From positions 110,732,001-110,796,000 of the forward strand of contig NC_042997.1 in assembly GCF_006345805.1 (NCBI RefSeq): a DNA stretch of 64,000 bases, given 5' to 3'. The translations under genes and the position numbers were made by a program. This DNA is from Octopus sinensis. Its lineage: Eukaryota. Shown here one piece after another: positions 52,376 to 64,000 of this stretch. The notes under the pieces are model-generated. The model searched no databases, was not told the origin of the DNA, and was given only the letters and a program-made list of their open reading frames with translations. The stretch's first letter is position 1. Every line of letters begins with the position of its first letter.

Positions 52376-52637
52376 ATGGTGTAGTGGTTAAGAGCGCAGA
52401 GTACTAACCCCGAGATTCCAAGTTCGATGCCAGGCAGTGACCTGAATAATAATAAGAAGAAAAAGAACAACAACAACATTAAAAAATACTTTAGGAATGA
52501 GAACCCAGGTTTGCAATTTCCCCAGGACTCCTGAAGAAGGCTGGAGGGTATATCAGGCAAAACGTTGTGTTATCAAGAAACAAGATGAGGACAGATATCC
52601 GTCAAATGTACATAAGTCCTCATCTCTTAAATATAGA
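52376..52637 (+). mobile_element. tRNA-headed SINE with Penelope-type, hammerhead-containing tail; 10-bp TSD
   Basis: A box tggtgtagtgg (52377-52387), B box gttcgatgcc (52422-52431), CTGAAGA at 52531; TSD accttagtat at 52366-52375 and 52638-52647. Confidence 0.8.
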
Positions 52638-54529
52638 ACCTTAGTATCTATAAAACAAATAAATATCTCAAAAAAAAAAAACAATGTAACCTCAAAAAGT
52701 ACAGAACAAAACTGAACCAGTGAACTAAAATGTCTTGGGCAAAATTTACTGAACCACAGATACGTAACATGAGAAATAACAACCCCCAAAATAACTGACC
52801 TAGAACTTCAAACAGATAAATTAACAAACACAGCACAATAGAAATGTGGCTTCAAACTCTATAACACACTTCAGGAATGAATTGAATGTAAACTAGCAGA
52901 ACAATACACCTAACTAATGTTCCCAAACCATGTGACACGGGAATAAACTAGCACAGATAAAACTCATAAGTGATATAAAATGTTATAATAAAAACTTGCA
53001 AACCATAACAAGCAACAAATTACTAACATAAGCAAAACAACCAAACTGCATAACTTACCAATCATAAGGTATTAAGTGTCCATGACTTGGAAACAATACA
53101 AAATATACCTGTGACTATTGAATAAACATAATTACAGGAGGTTCTTACACCGACATTTTCACCTAAAACCCATATATATTTTAAAGAATTAACTATAACA
53201 AATTGTAATGAAAATATTCTACTACTACTACTACTACACACACACACACAAGTAGGTGAACAAAGACAGTAGTACTTGGTGCATTTGATTGGAATTGTTA
53301 GTACTTTATAATAGTTTAACTCAGAACAATTTAAAGTTTCACAGATGCTGACTATGCCCACATCCTCAGATGTGCGGAGTTTAGAGTGAAGAGAGTTTAA
53401 AACAAATTTTAAAATGGTTTCAAAATGAGAATATTTGGGATTCCATTAGTCAGTTCAGGTCATGTGGATACTTTGGCTAACTGGTGATGCTAGTTGATTC
53501 CATTAGATACTTCATGTGGTAGAGCAGGCAGTATATTGGCTTCAAGTTGTTGGAAGTTTGTAGGATTTAACAAAGAACATGTTGGTATTATAAAGTTTTT
53601 AATACCAATAATGTCAAAGTTAGCTATTCATGCTTAGATAACATCACTTCCAACAGTGTTTACTACAGCAGAAAGAATCCCCACATTTTTCAGTTTCTAT
53701 CCCATATCCAGCACTTCAACAAAACTAAAGTCTCTGTTCAACCCCACACATAATAGAGTGAACTGGGAGCATTTTATGATGGCCCCATCACTAGAGAGGA
53801 TTGTTATGTTCTTGACAATACTAAAGGGTCTTCTTGACTCCTTGCTGTGTCATCAGCTACTTTACAACGAGGAATTATACTGACATTAGGGAACTAGGGA
53901 AATGTGTGTGTGTGTGTGTGTAGTAAGGGAATGCTGAACAACCAACTGAAACTGGATGGAGGTCTTTGAATTGTTTTTTCTAATGACAATTACTTCACTT
54001 TTTTGTCTCTTTTGCTGAACCACTAAGTTACAGGGATGTAAACAGACCAACACTGGTTGTCAAACAATGAAGGGACAAAAACACCCACACTCATCTTCTA
54101 TCATTTACTTATTTCGATCATCAAACTGTGACCATGCTGGGACACAGCCTTAAAGAATTTCAGTCAAATGAATCAACACCAGGACTTAGTTTTCTTGTAA
54201 AGCCTGATACATATTCCAATAGTCTCTTTTGCCAAATCACTAAGTTACAGGGATGTAAACAAACCAACACCAGTTATGAAACAGTATTGGTGGAGAACAC
54301 ACACACATATATACGACAGGCTTCTTTCAGTTTCCATCTACCAAATCCACTCACAAGGCTTTGGTCTGCCCGAGTCTACAGTAGAATACACTTACCCAAG
54401 GTGCCACACAGTGGGACTGAACCTACAACCATGTGGTTGGGAAGTGAGCTTCTTACTCACACCCATGGGCTTTCACACAGTTTCTATCAACCAAATTCAC
54501 TCACAAAGTGAATTATAATGGAAGACTCT

Positions 54530-55060
54530 TACATTATTTACATTTGACAGATATTTATACTAATCCTGTTTGTTGTTAACACGCTTCAGCTGATATACCC
54601 TCCAGCCTTCATCAGGTGTTTGGGGAAATTTCAAAACTGGGTTCTCATTCCTAAGCTATTTTTCAATGTTGTTGTTATTCATCATCATCATCACCATCGT
54701 TTAACGTCTGCTTTCCATGCTGCCATGGGTTGGACAGTTTGACTGAAGGCTGGCAAGCCAGGAGGTGGCACCAGTCTCCAATCTGATCTGGCAAAGTTTC
54801 TACAGCTGGATGCCCTTCATAACACCAACCACTCCAAGAGTGTAGTCAGTGCTTTTTACATGACACTGGCACGAGGGTCAGTCAGGCAGCACTTGCAACG
54901 ACCACGCTCAAATGTTGCTTTTCACATGCCACTGGCACACGTACCGGTAAGGTGATGCTGGCAACTATTTATTATTATTATTATTATTCAGGTCACTGCC
55001 TGGAATTGAACTTGGAATCTTGGGGTTTGTAGCCCGTGCTCTTAACCACCATGCCATACA
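54530..55060 (-). mobile_element. Second copy of the tRNA-head/PLE-tail SINE, interrupted by an RTE tail (~54680-54965)
   Basis: Head at ~54989-55060, tail with CTGATGAaggctggagggtatatcagctGAAG at ~54575-54620. Confidence 0.8.
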
Positions 55061-56924
55061 TGTCATGTAGTGGGGATTGAACTCGAAATCTCAGTTCCAA
55101 AGCAAGCCACATCTGCACTTAATCAGAAAAAGTCTTAGAAATATATTAAAACACAATAAGATTTGACAGATTTAATATAAAAACAAAAATGCTTTAATTT
55201 CATGTGTGTATAATAATATTTATGTGTAATCTCTAGCTTTTGTATGTTTTTTAAAAAATAATTAGAAAAGATTCAGACGATGATTAAAAAACAGGGAGAA
55301 AAAGAATTGGTTCATCTCCTCTTTTATGGTAATTCTCACATGATTTATACAAGTTTTAACAAAATATAATATAAAAGGCTGTTATATTTACATTTTAAGT
55401 TTTGAATTTTTAAAAAATTATAGAAAAGAAAAATAAAATGATAGAAATTCTTGTTTAATCTTTACAGAAATAAATTACCATTTCATATTTTATGAAAAAT
55501 AAAAAGATGGTCTGTAAAATTATGAAGAAAAATCATTGAGAGACATGAATATAGTTCTCAGCAACAGTTTTATAATTTTTACATGAAATTTATCGATGTT
55601 ATAAGGGACTTATATCAGATTAGTTTTATATTTAGAATATTTATGCAAATACAATAGTAGCAGAAGCAAAACAAATTAAAAAAGGGAAATGTTCAAAATG
55701 ATCTTCAGAAAATATTGGTTTCACATTTTGGTAGATGGGCACAGTGTTTGAGGGGAGGGGCAGGCCAATTACATCATCCCCAACATTCAGCTCGTATTTA
55801 TTTTATCAACCCCAAAAGAATGAATGGCAAGGTCTCAACAACCCTGGTGGAATTTGAACTCAGATTGTAAAGATGGATGAAATACCACTAAGCATTTTGT
55901 CCGGTGTGCTAACAATTCCGCCAGCATAATGTTGATTATGAAAGAAGAAAATTAAAACAAACAAAAACATGAATATCCAGTTATCCAATTAAACATGGTT
56001 TGATTTAGTGAAAAATATTTTCAAAATATTCATCAACCGCCTGGAACCATGTGGTTGGGAAGCAAACTTTTTACCACAAAGCCATGCCTGTGACTATATA
56101 TATCTATCAACTGTGAAAACTATTGTGTGTGTGTGTAAGCAGACCACAAAAATTACTTTTGTCTACAACAGAATCAGTTTAAATCTTTTGTTTCACGTGA
56201 GTTCATGGCTGTTTCCTGCACCAGCTTCACATAGAAGCCCCAGCCCATCCAAAGTGCCTTGGATCGCAGGATGGCCTGCTGTGCTTACTTTGGATCATAG
56301 GGTGACCTGCTATGCTTCAGGAGCCCTATTGAGTCAAGTACATCAACATCAAAATAAATATCAAATGGAAATTGTAGTTGTGATAACTGTGCCGGTGGCA
56401 TGTAAAAAGCACCATCCAAACGTGCCCAATGCCAGCACTGCTTTGACTGGCTTCCGTGCCGGTGGCAAGTAAAAAGCACCAACTGATCGTGGCCGTTGCC
56501 AGCCTCCCCTGGCACCTGTGCCGTAAGCACGTAAAAAGCACCCACTACACTTGCAGAGTGGTTGGCGTTAGGAAGGGCATCCAGCTGTAGAAACTCTGCC
56601 AGATCAGACTGGAGCCTGGTGCAGCCTCCTGGCTTCCCAGACCCCGGTCGACTGTCCAACCCATGCTAGCATGGAAAACGGACGTTAAACGATGATGATG
56701 ATGATGATGTTTCAGTTGAAATGCAGGGCCTTTCTTTCTATTAATTTTGGAAATAGCGAATTCGGTAAAATAATTTTGTTATTATTAGTATGACATTTGG
56801 TACATAAATTGATTTGAAGTTTCGATGGAAAGTTTAAATTTGGATAAATTAAAAAACCTTTGTATTTCTATAATTCAGGTAAAATACACTGTGGTTGTTT
56901 TGATTAAGTTTGTAAATATTTATG

Positions 56925-57527
56925 TCTTTATTGCCCACAAGGGGCTAAACACAGAGGGGACATACAAGGACAGACAAAGGGATTAAGTCGATTCCATCGA
57001 CACCAGTGCATAATTGGTACTTATTTAGTTGACCCCAAAAGGATAAAAGGCAAAGTCGACCTCAACGGAATTTGAACTCAGAACATAACAGTAGACGAAA
57101 TACCTATTTCTATTTCTTTACTACCCACAATGGGCTAAACACAGAGAGGACAAACAAGGACAGACAAATGGATTAAGTTGATTCCATCGACCCCAGTGTG
57201 TAACTGGTACTTAATTTATCGACCCCGAAAGGATGAAAAGCAAAGTCGACCTCGGCGGAATTTGAACTCAGAACATAACAGCAGACGAAATACCTATTTC
57301 TTTACTAACCACAAGGGGCTAAAAACAGAGGGGACAAACAAGGACAGAAAAATGGATTAAGTTGATTGTATCAACCCCAGTGCGTAACTGGTACTTAAAT
57401 TATCGACCCTGAAAGGATGAAAGGCAAAGTCAACCTTGGCGAAATTTGAACTCAGAACGTAGTGGCAGACGAAATATGGCTATGCATTTCGCCTCGCATG
57501 CTAACGTTTCTGCCAGCTCGCCGCTTT
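56925..57527 (-). repeat. Three tandem ~185-bp partial SINE units
   Basis: Unit cccacaaggggctaaacacagaggggacaaacaaggacagac...gaactcagaac...gacgaaata repeated three times. Confidence 0.85.
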
Positions 57528-57807
57528 AAGTTTGGAAATATTGAGGACTATAGTGGCATATTTTGGTTGTTATGAAGCTGGGCCCCACCTGCAAGATCAC
57601 ATGCTGTTTATCTTGATATGAGATCACCATGTCGTGCACATATGTTTGTGATGCATGTGCCTAGTGTACCCTTATCAGATGGGTAGTCATGATGGGTATA
57701 CTGAGCTTCATATATTTTACCCCAGTGTCACTTTGATGGCATGCACTGCTCTCTCACTCAATAATAATAATAACAATAATAATAGTAATAACAATAATAA
57801 TAATAAC

Positions 57808-57850
<43 letters not shown>

Positions 57851-58074
57851 GCTTCAAATTTTGGAACAGGGCCAGGAATTTTAAGGAGAGGAGGTCAATT
57901 GATTGCATCAACCCCAATATTGGATTAGTACCATATTTTATGAACCCCCAAAAGATGAAAGGCAAAAATCAGCCTTAGTAAGAATTCAAACCCGGAATGT
58001 AGTATCAGAAGAAATGCCATTAAGCAATTTGTCCAGCATGCTAACGATTATGCCAGCTCGATGCATTATGATGC

Positions 58075-58567
<493 letters not shown>

Positions 58568-58884
58568 CGTTGACTGCTGAAATGTCAAACTATTGAGTTT
58601 ATCTTCTGAACAAAATAAGAATGAAAGCCACTTAGTAAAGATCACAGTTCAGATGGTTTTGGCAAAAAGTGTTGTGGTCTGTTTCTTAGGAGACACAGCA
58701 CTACGGGGGTTCAATCTCCTTTTTTCTGTTCACTTATAATAAAAACAATTTTACCTTAATCTGGTGGGTGACTATATAACTTCTGTGGAGTACAAATATA
58801 TTATTGACAGTGACTTCGAAGTTTCAGCCAGTTAACCCATCACCACTGCTAATGATATTCTTGTTTAATGAATAATAATAATAA

Positions 58885-58943
<59 letters not shown>

Positions 58944-58967
58944 TATACATACATAATACATTCTTAC

Positions 58968-59001
<34 letters not shown>

Positions 59002-59614
59002 TTGTGTTTGTATATATACATATATATATGTGTATATGATTTGGCGTTAGGAAGGGCATCCAGCTGTAGAAACTCTGCCAGATCAAGATTGAAGCCTGGT
59101 GCAGCCATCTGGTTCACCAGCCCTCAGTCAAAATTGTCCAACCCATGCTAGCGTGGAAAGCGGACGTTAAATGATGATGATGATGATGTATATACACAGA
59201 GAGGTTTTGAAGTGATTTTTATTCTTTTAATTTTTTACTTGTTTCATTCATTTGACTGTGGCTATGCTGGAGCACCGCTTTTAGTCGAGCAAATTGACAA
59301 TAGGACTTATTCTTTGTAAGTCTAGTACTGATTCTATTGCTCTCTTTTGCCAAACCACTAATTTACAGGGACGTAAACACACTAGTGTCGGTTGTCAAAC
59401 GATAGTGGGGGGAAACACACACATATATATATACAACGGGCTTCTTTCAGTTTTCATCTACCAAATCCACTTTACAAGGCTTTGGTCAGCCCAAGGCTAT
59501 AGTAGAAGACATTCGCCCAAGGTGCCACGCAGTAGGACTGAACCTGGAGCCATGTGGCTGGTTATCAAGCTACTTACTACACAGCCACTCCTGCGCCTAT
59601 GATGTGCAGATATT

Positions 59615-59846
59615 GTATATTGAGAATAATAAGACTAGTCAGAATGTTGCATTGTTATATATATTTTTTATTTACATTTTTAGCGTTTTCTTCCATTATC
59701 AGTTTTATCAAAACATTGGTTTATAGTAACTTACGATAAACCACTTTTTTTGATAAATCCAATAACAGAAGAAAGCACTAAAAATGTAAATAAATATATA
59801 CATAAAATCATTCAACATTCTGACTACCTTGTTATTCTCAGTATAC
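59615..59846. repeat. Diverged palindrome with ~115-bp arms centred near 59730
   Basis: tgagaataat..tagtcagaatgttg / caacattctgacta..gttattctca; centre ggtttatagtaa c ttacgataaacc. Confidence 0.8.
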
Positions 59847-60132
59847 ATACATACATAGTTATATATATACACTTTCATTATTTTTTTGCAATTTACTTAA
59901 TCATTGATTTTTTATTGTTATTTTAATTTTAATATTTCTATTATATGTAATTTTCTAGATGGTGTAATTTAATTGTTCATTTTGAATTGATAAAGGGTGT
60001 TTTTTTTCTAATTTTTTATATATATATATATATATCATATTGTGTGAAATTTGATTTAGTATTTCTAAATTGAATTTTTTTCCCTGTAAGTTTGGATTTA
60101 TATTCCCTTAAATAATAATAATTATTATTATA

Positions 60133-60193
<61 letters not shown>

Positions 60194-60201
<8 letters not shown>

Positions 60202-60630
60202 AAGAAAAACGTTTATAATTATGAACAAATCACACTTAAAGCTAAGAGGGTTAAAAAACCTTCATATGCTAAAATTAGCAGCCAAAACCGCTATAAAGCC
60301 ATTATATCACTTATATTATTTCTCCTCATGATAAAAACCATCCTTGTTTTTATTTCTGTCTATAGGAATATTTCCCCTGACAAAGCGAATGGGTCTCTTA
60401 AGTGGTCCCTAATGCCGAAATTGCAATAGGGAATTAACCAATTATTTTCAAGTTGTGGATTCTATTTGCCATGTCGCCTGAAGACAGTTTTTATCGTTAG
60501 GAGAAATAATATGAGTGATATTATGGCTTTATAGCGGTTTTGGCTGCTATTCTTAACATGTAAGGGATTTTTAACCTTCTTAGTTATAATTGTGACTTGT
60601 TCATAATTATAAACGTTTTCTTCTTTATAT
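60194..60630. repeat. Inverted repeat (~145-bp arms 60194-60338 / 60487-60630) with hammerhead-like motif in the spacer
   Basis: agcagccaaaaccgctataaagccat / atggctttatagcggttttggctgct and flanking matches. Confidence 0.9.
60372..60433 (+). ncRNA. Hammerhead-like motif (G8A, probably CpG decay)
   Basis: ttccc-CTGACAA-...ggg/ccc...-GAAA-ttgcaa-TA-gggaa; 5-bp stem I, palindrome ATTGCAAT. Confidence 0.6.
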
Positions 60631-60721
60631 TTTATGATAACGGGTTTGGAGATTGATATATTCATAAATAATCTTATTTATAATTTATCCTTCATAATGT
60701 TTTTACATTACTCTCTACTTA

Positions 60722-60753
<32 letters not shown>

Positions 60754-60760
60754 GTGCACA

Positions 60761-62053
60761 CAAGATGTGGTGAATGAATTGTCATCTACATTATGCAATA
60801 ATGAAAATGACACTGACATCTCTTTTAACAGATATATTTACCAAAATTACATAAAAACATCTTGAAATACAAAAGAGTAAATTTATTCAATGAAATCGCC
60901 ATTGGCTTCAACTATGGCCTCCAGACGACTTTCGAATCTCCTGCAACTCTTCTGAACGGTCTCCTTGTTTAAGTTGGTGAAGGCTGCCATAATCCTTGCC
61001 TTCAGTTCATCTTTGGTGTTATAACATGTTTTGTTGGTCTCTCGTTCAACTGTGTCCCACACGTGGTAATCAAGGGGGCTGCAGTCTGGCGAGTTAGGTG
61101 GCCAGATGTTAGGGGTGATGTGGTCGCAGAAATTGTCTGATAGCCATGACTGGGTTCTCCTGCTTGTGTAGCATGGTGCAGAGTCCTGTTGCCAGACATA
61201 GTCTTCCAGCAACCTCGTGACCCAGAACAGCACTACCTCCTCCTTAATGTAGGCCTCCTTGTTGAGTCTGAGGCTGTGTGGGAAGATGAATGGAAGCATA
61301 ACGTTGCCATCACTAGTGATCACTCCAAACACCATGATGTTGACTGGATGTTTGATTTTAATCACTCTTGGAACATGCTTTGGGGACACAGCAAGCCAAT
61401 GGGTATTCTGTGTGTTCACCATCTGATCCTGGAGGAAATTTTTTTCTTCTGAGAAAAACCAAAGCATGTTCGGCTAGTGGGGATGCTTGAGTTTGTTCAA
61501 AAGCTTCGTAGCACAGTCTTTCCTCTTGTCTTTTGATGGCTTGGGATAAAAATTGGCCCTTTTTCATCTTGTATGAGGAATACCGAATGTCTTCATGCAC
61601 TACCTGTCTGTTAAGAAACACAGACACTCTCATGTCCCTGGTGATGGACCTGATTGACTTGGAGGGATCGGTGTCAATCATGGCCTGGATCTCACCAACA
61701 AATTCAGGACTTCTTTTATTATCAGAATGATCAGAATGAGTTTTCTGAGCTGCTGTACCTTCGTAATCACCATTAGACACATCCAACTCTTTCCAAATTT
61801 TCAGCACTGTCCTCAGATTGACACCCAAAATACTATGAAATGTTCATATTGGAGCTTCCAGTGTAAATGCCACACAGTACAGCATGTTGTTTCCAAATTT
61901 CTGGCTGGGTGAATTGCGTCATGAAGCTATTTTTCTCACAAATGGTGACCAACTGACCCTACTATACTGTGTAGTTGACAAAATCAAAAACAAACAATGC
62001 ACATGTGTGAAATTAAAAATATAAAATGGTGACAATTTACCCATCACACCCTG
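60761..62053 (-). mobile_element. Full-length but decayed Tc1/mariner-superfamily transposon, DD37D (maT) type
   Basis: TIRs caagatgtggtgaatgaattgtcatc / ggtgacaatttacccatcacaccctg; split transposase (61358-61828, 60883-61467) with WQQDSAP...WPPNSPDCSPLDY, 37 residues between second and third D; first D appears as E (FSEEK). Confidence 0.9.
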
Positions 62054-62970
62054 TATGTATATATATCATCATCGTCTAATGTATGTACATATGTGCAGCG
62101 TTAAGCATGTGGCAGGTTTTCTACAGCCGGATGCCCTTCCTGAAGCCAACCCCCACCTGTTACCAAGCGAGGTAATTTTTTTCCCCTCGCCTACCAAATT
62201 CAATCACAAAGCTTCAGTTGGCCCGGAGCTATAGCAGAAGACACTTACCCAAAGTGCCATGCGGTGGGACTGAACCCAAAACCATGTAGCTAGTAAGCAA
62301 GCTTCTTAACCACACAGCCATACCCACACCTACCATATATATATATATACACATATTTATACACACACACACTCACACACATTTTATATATATGTGTATA
62401 TGTGTATATATATATATATATAACATGGACATATATGTATGTATGTATATATTTATTTATATATATATTTATATATGTGTGTGTGTGTTATTTATAGGAA
62501 CATATCTGTTGTTACCAACGATGAACAAAATATTTAAAAAATTCAACAAAAAACAAATAAATTTAATTACAAATGTTTATGAGATGTCCAATTAAATAAT
62601 TGGTCCAGCAGAAAATTAACAAACTGATAATGAAATTAACATAAACTTGCATAAATTACATACAAATTAATGTTCTTTGATATATTGTAATCTTGTGACA
62701 AATGACAAACTACATAATTTCATAATACATAAATACATATATAGAATGAATTGATGTATAAATATCATAAAATATACCCCTGGTATTTCAGAACTCAATA
62801 ATACATTTTTAAACTCCAATACTTCATAATGTAACTCATTATTAAATGCATGTGGAAGAAACAGACATGTATATACATAACTGGCTAAAATGATAGTCAA
62901 ATTTAATGTATTTAGAATAAAATTCAAATAAAATAAACTTTATAGACACGTATAATTCATAATTTTAATA

Positions 62971-63080
62971 TTTTCTACAGCTGTTTCAATAGAGTCAAAC
63001 ATTATCATTTATATATATATGTTGATTAACATAAAATGATTAAGTTAAAAGTTATGGGTTACCCATTTCTTCAGGAGAAA
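62971..63080 (-). ncRNA. Hammerhead-like motif (ACAGCTGT family)
   Basis: tc-CTGAAGA(63074-63068)-aatggg...tctatt-GAAA-cagctg-TA-ga. Confidence 0.5.
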
Positions 63081-63126
63081 AATGAAAAATCTTTTAAAAT
63101 ATCTTTTAAACTAATTATGTATGTCA

Positions 63127-63672
63127 TTAGGATGTCCAGAAAGTTCTGTGCATTTTTAAGCTAAATATTTTAACTCTTCATTGAACATACATGAAATGTG
63201 ATACAGTCAAAACTTTGGTGTTGCTTGAAGTGGTAGTGCATCTCTTCTTTGTTCCCTACTAAAAACAGATTTATCTTTCTTTCTGGTTGCCCTTTATTGA
63301 CACATTTGAAATAGATAACCAACAATTTCATATTCCCGTTGTAATACTTTGCTTTCTTAAAAAAAGGAGAAAATGCTGCAAAGACTTGTAAAAACATTTA
63401 CGAAGTTTATGGTGATGATGATGCTGTAGGTGAAGCAACTGTTCGAAGGTGGTTTGCAAAATTTAAAGCTGGAGAACTTAGCTTGGAAATGACAGTCGCA
63501 GTAGAAGACCTTCAAAATGGGGTGAAGATACTTTGAAGGCAAAAATCGAAGAACATTCAAATATCATGACTAGAGAACTTGCAAAGGAGTTGGAAGTTTC
63601 TAAAAGTACAGTTTATGAAGTATATTCATTTTTGCGTATTAAAAAGTGCTCAAAACTTTCCGGACAACCTAA
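63127..63672 (+). mobile_element. Internally deleted mariner element
   Basis: TIRs ttaggatgtccagaaagtt / aactttccggacaacctaa+ta; remnant KKGENAAKTCKNIYEVYGDDDAVGEATVRRWFAKFKAGELSLE (mariner HTH). Confidence 0.85.
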
Positions 63673-64000
63673 TAATTATGTAATTATACATATGATTATG
63701 TCTTTACTTTGTTGAAACAGCTGTAGAGTAAATTATGAAATATATATGAAATTTGTACTTTTCTGATTTACATTCCCAATATGCTGCTGCTAGCACATAT
63801 ATATAACATTTCTTTTATAAATGAACATTTTAAGATCTTTAATAAATGCAGATTTGAGTCTTCTTGCTCAAATTTGGCAGAGACATTGTAATGAACCTTC
63901 TATTTATAGTTAATCAGTTGGAGGAGTATATGGTACAGGTGGGATCAAGAAATGCAGTGAAAGGATTATCTGAGTGAAATAGCATCTCTGATGAGCAAAA

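Noticed and set aside
51955-52440. Possible tRNA genes
   Set aside because: A/B boxes present but no complete cloverleaf and they continue into repeat bodies; these are SINE heads
53140-53375. Minus-strand CTGAGGA...GAAAATGTC hammerhead-like pair
   Set aside because: Halves are ~200 nt apart with no convincing stem I or II

Overview
Eukaryotic, AT-rich, repeat-dense DNA; the SINE/LINE repertoire resembles a coleoid cephalopod (Octopus-like), which is an inference. The only host gene I can reconstruct is the 3' part of a + strand VAT-1-like (VAT1L, MDR/zeta-crystallin family) gene. It has six conserved exons (7831-24899), four phase-0 microexons of 30, 30, 30 and 24 nt, a stop-containing exon (41840-41927), an intron just after the stop, and a probable ~6.9 kb last exon (44123 to ~51030). 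The first exons lie upstream of the window. The rest is SINEs, RTE and CR1 LINE fragments, mariner/maT/pogo/hAT relics, a Penelope-like (PLE) GIY-YIG fragment and microsatellites. Three things stand out. (1) About ten minimal type-I hammerhead-ribozyme-like motifs, each with a short palindromic helix III, including U3-A8 covariants. (2) A tRNA-headed SINE with a Penelope-type, hammerhead-containing tail and a 10-bp target-site duplication. (3) The microexon cassette and several long intronic inverted repeats, one set of which could pair alternatively across the 56-nt exon. All structures were read by eye; none was folded or searched computationally.
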